A stretch of DNA of 64,000 bases from Trichechus inunguis. Lineage: Eukaryota. The position numbers and the translations under genes were made by a program. Positions 61,872-64,000 of this stretch are shown piece after piece. Each line of letters opens with the position of its first letter. The stretch's first letter is position 1. The stretch is taken from contig CM102164.1 in assembly GCA_046562895.1 (NCBI GenBank), positions 32,523,842 through 32,587,841 on the forward strand, written 5' to 3'. The notes beneath the pieces are model-generated. The model worked only from the letters and a program-made list of their open reading frames with translations, was not told the DNA's origin and ran no database searches.

Positions 61872-63492
61872 CAGGTAGTTGGTCTTCACTTATGGTTAAC
61901 TGGGGTTCATTTCCCAAACGTGAATCTGACTTTGGTTTTGGTTTCAGAGAAGGGAAGAATTTTATCATAAGATCTGATGTAGGAGGAGGACCTATGCTCC
62001 TACTGGATTTGCTTAAGTCTTCTCCCTTCTTGACTAGTGCAATCTTCCTTTTTACTGTTTTGTCTAGTACACATATTTCACTATTAGGGCAGCTTGTCTG
62101 AAGAGTCCCATAAACAGCTTCATTCCCAAGAATAACATCATGTTTACATGAATTCTCTTCAAGGTCAGACCAAGTTCTTTCATCATCAAAGTCAACTCTA
62201 CTCATACTTATGGATGAGGTTTTTCTTGAGGACTCAGAAACTTTATTTTTCATGCTTTCTATTATAATAGACTCACCACTACTATAATCTTTATCAGACA
62301 AATCTAGATCAATATCCCTACTTTTATCTTTTTCTTGAGTCTCAGTGTCCCTAAAAAGCTCCTTTCCATCAGACACTTCTGCACTATCTGCTGAACTGCT
62401 GAGACACCTTTCTTTATCTTCAGTTGATGGTTTTATGGTAATATCAAGCTGTTCCTCAGAGTCGGCGCTACTATCACTGTTCCTAACACCTTCATCATCG
62501 TTTGCATTCCATCTAGTTTGATTTTCAGAAGTGTTCATCTGAAATGCTCTCCTACTAATTTTATAAGATTGTTCCATCAGTCCAGTTGGTGATGATACTG
62601 AATCATTTTGTTTGGGTGGGACTTCACACTCGCTCTTATTTTTATGCTCAATATGGTCAAGATCCTCATTTTGGTTCCATTGACTAATAGGATCCACTGT
62701 ATTCGTCTTCTCCTGCTGCAGAGCTTTGACAGGGGTAGAATACATTTGGTGACCTTTGCCAATCTGTTGATCCCTTTCTAAGATTTTCAGTACAAACGAG
62801 GAATTACTGGAAAATGACATTTCATCAGCAGCTTGTTCTAAAAACAAAAATTCATCTAATTCCAAATTTTCCTTTTCCTTTTCTTGTTCCCAACTTTCTA
62901 ACTTTTTCTGAAGAGAAATATCAAAAGAAGATTCTGACTCTTTTACAGTCTTGCCTATCAGGCTCTTAGAAGCCATGCAGTTGACCAGCCCTGTCAAAAG
63001 AGGGTGTTTTTCTTTACTCCAGACTTTGCAGCCAGTATCACCAGGTTTTGTACCCTCTAATACATTTTCTTTATTATTAGATTCAACTTTTAGTTCTGAA
63101 TTGATCTGGTCTCTAAATTGCCCGTCACATTTCTTCCCTGCCTGTATTTTCAATCCCAATGGCGAGAGACTTTTTCTATTATTACTCTTCAGAAGTTTTG
63201 GCTTCTGATTGAGTGTGATAGAACCACTCTTGGTTCTAACTTTACTATTCTTCTTAACAGTAGAGTTCTCGGTACATGGGCCTTTATTTATAACAGCAGT
63301 TTTCCGTTGGAATTGTTGTCGATCTACTTTAAACTGATGTTGGTCTTCTGAGATGCTCTGATTAGTGACTAGTTTACTTTCTTTCACTATCTGAAACTTA
63401 GATTTGGCATTAGTAAATCTAGCTAAACCTTCTCCTCTTTTTAAGAATGGTCGTTTTGGTTTTGCTTTGATTAACAATGATCCTTCTGCTTC
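61872..63492 (-). CDS. CENPJ: CENPJ/CPAP large coding exon, 1621 bp, phase 0 to 1, no internal stops
   Basis: Minus-strand translation: [70 protein letters not shown]…[75 protein letters not shown]…[25 protein letters not shown]…[146 protein letters not shown](G). Acceptor ttttatttAG|GAA at 63494-63493. Donor CCTG|GTAAGT at 61871-61870. Collinear with the human CENPJ large exon (…[34 protein letters not shown]…[21 protein letters not shown]…). Confidence 0.9.
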
Positions 63493-63810
63493 CTAAAATA
63501 AAAGAATATATGAATTAATTCTTGTATTTCTTACAGCTATATCTAAGTAATCTCAAAGTTTTGTTTTGTTTTTCTTCTTGCAATTCTATTCTATTGTGGA
63601 TTATTCTGTCCTACAACCTTTTAAAATTATGGTAAAATATATTTAACAAAATATTTGCCAATTCAACAATTTATGTGTACAATTCATTGACACTGACTAC
63701 ATTCATCATGTTGTGCAACCATTTAACACTTCAAATTTATTTTTAAAGCAAATTATAAATTAATCTCTAAAGATTTGAAATAAATCAATTAAAATAGCTG
63801 AAATGCTAAC

Positions 63811-63913
63811 CCTTAGCTGTTTTTGTTTCAGTTCTTGTTCTTCCAACCGAATCTGTTCTTCCAAGTAATCTTCAAATGTCTGTTTCTTTTCTCTAATAGC
63901 AGCTTTAATAGGC
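63811..63913 (-). CDS. CENPJ: CENPJ/CPAP coding exon, 103 bp, phase 2 to 0
   Basis: Minus-strand translation: (R)[34 protein letters not shown]. Acceptor ttaattAG|G, donor AGG|GTTAGC. Matches human …[36 protein letters not shown], and is followed in frame by EAEG… of the large exon. Confidence 0.85.
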
Positions 63914-64000
63914 CTAATTAAAAATAAAGAATACAGTTACTTAACATGCAAATCATGATGTGGTAAATTATATTTAGTGTTCCTGATACAGATACCCTGA

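Overview
This window is mammalian nuclear DNA, almost certainly Afrotherian (elephant- or manatee-like), because tRNA-derived AfroSINE-type elements are abundant on both strands. It is the middle of the centromere protein J gene (CENPJ, also called CPAP), which runs on the minus strand. I could place five coding exons: 63811-63913, 61872-63492 (one uninterrupted 1621-bp exon), 44908-45040, 21505-21670 and 15167-15409. The exon translations join in phase, and the splice sites are standard (AG acceptors; GTAAGT, GTATGC and GTTAGC donors). They encode the CENPJ central coiled-coil region (…[20 protein letters not shown]… / [34 protein letters not shown]… / …[18 protein letters not shown]… / …[51 protein letters not shown] / [65 protein letters not shown]…). 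The introns are bloated by retrotransposons. There are six LINE-1 elements, all on the plus strand and so antisense to the gene. Four are full-length: 4250-11765, 28483-36106, 46465-61510 and 52325-60180; the fifth (24375-28482) is 3'-truncated and the sixth (40090-44310) is rearranged. The most notable is a very young, nearly intact 7.86-kb L1 (52325-60180). It is nested inside the ORF2 of an older full-length L1 and has clean 10-13 bp target-site duplications. Its ORF1 is intact at 349 aa and its 3.7-kb ORF2 carries only two nonsense codons and one 2-bp frameshift. Its 5'UTR is CpG-rich and built from tandem monomers, and it ends in a 17-nt poly-A tail. The window also holds a full-length ERVL-MaLR provirus (LTR-internal-LTR, 37715-40087), two solo MaLR LTRs, L2 3'-end remnants, ancient L1 fragments, at least fourteen AfroSINE-type insertions, a palindromic MITE-like hairpin, a (CA)n microsatellite and several minisatellites. 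There are no prokaryotic-type systems, no CRISPR array, and no rRNA or tRNA genes; the only tRNA-like sequences are SINE heads. All coordinates for repeats are approximate, to about 10-30 bp, because they were read by eye.
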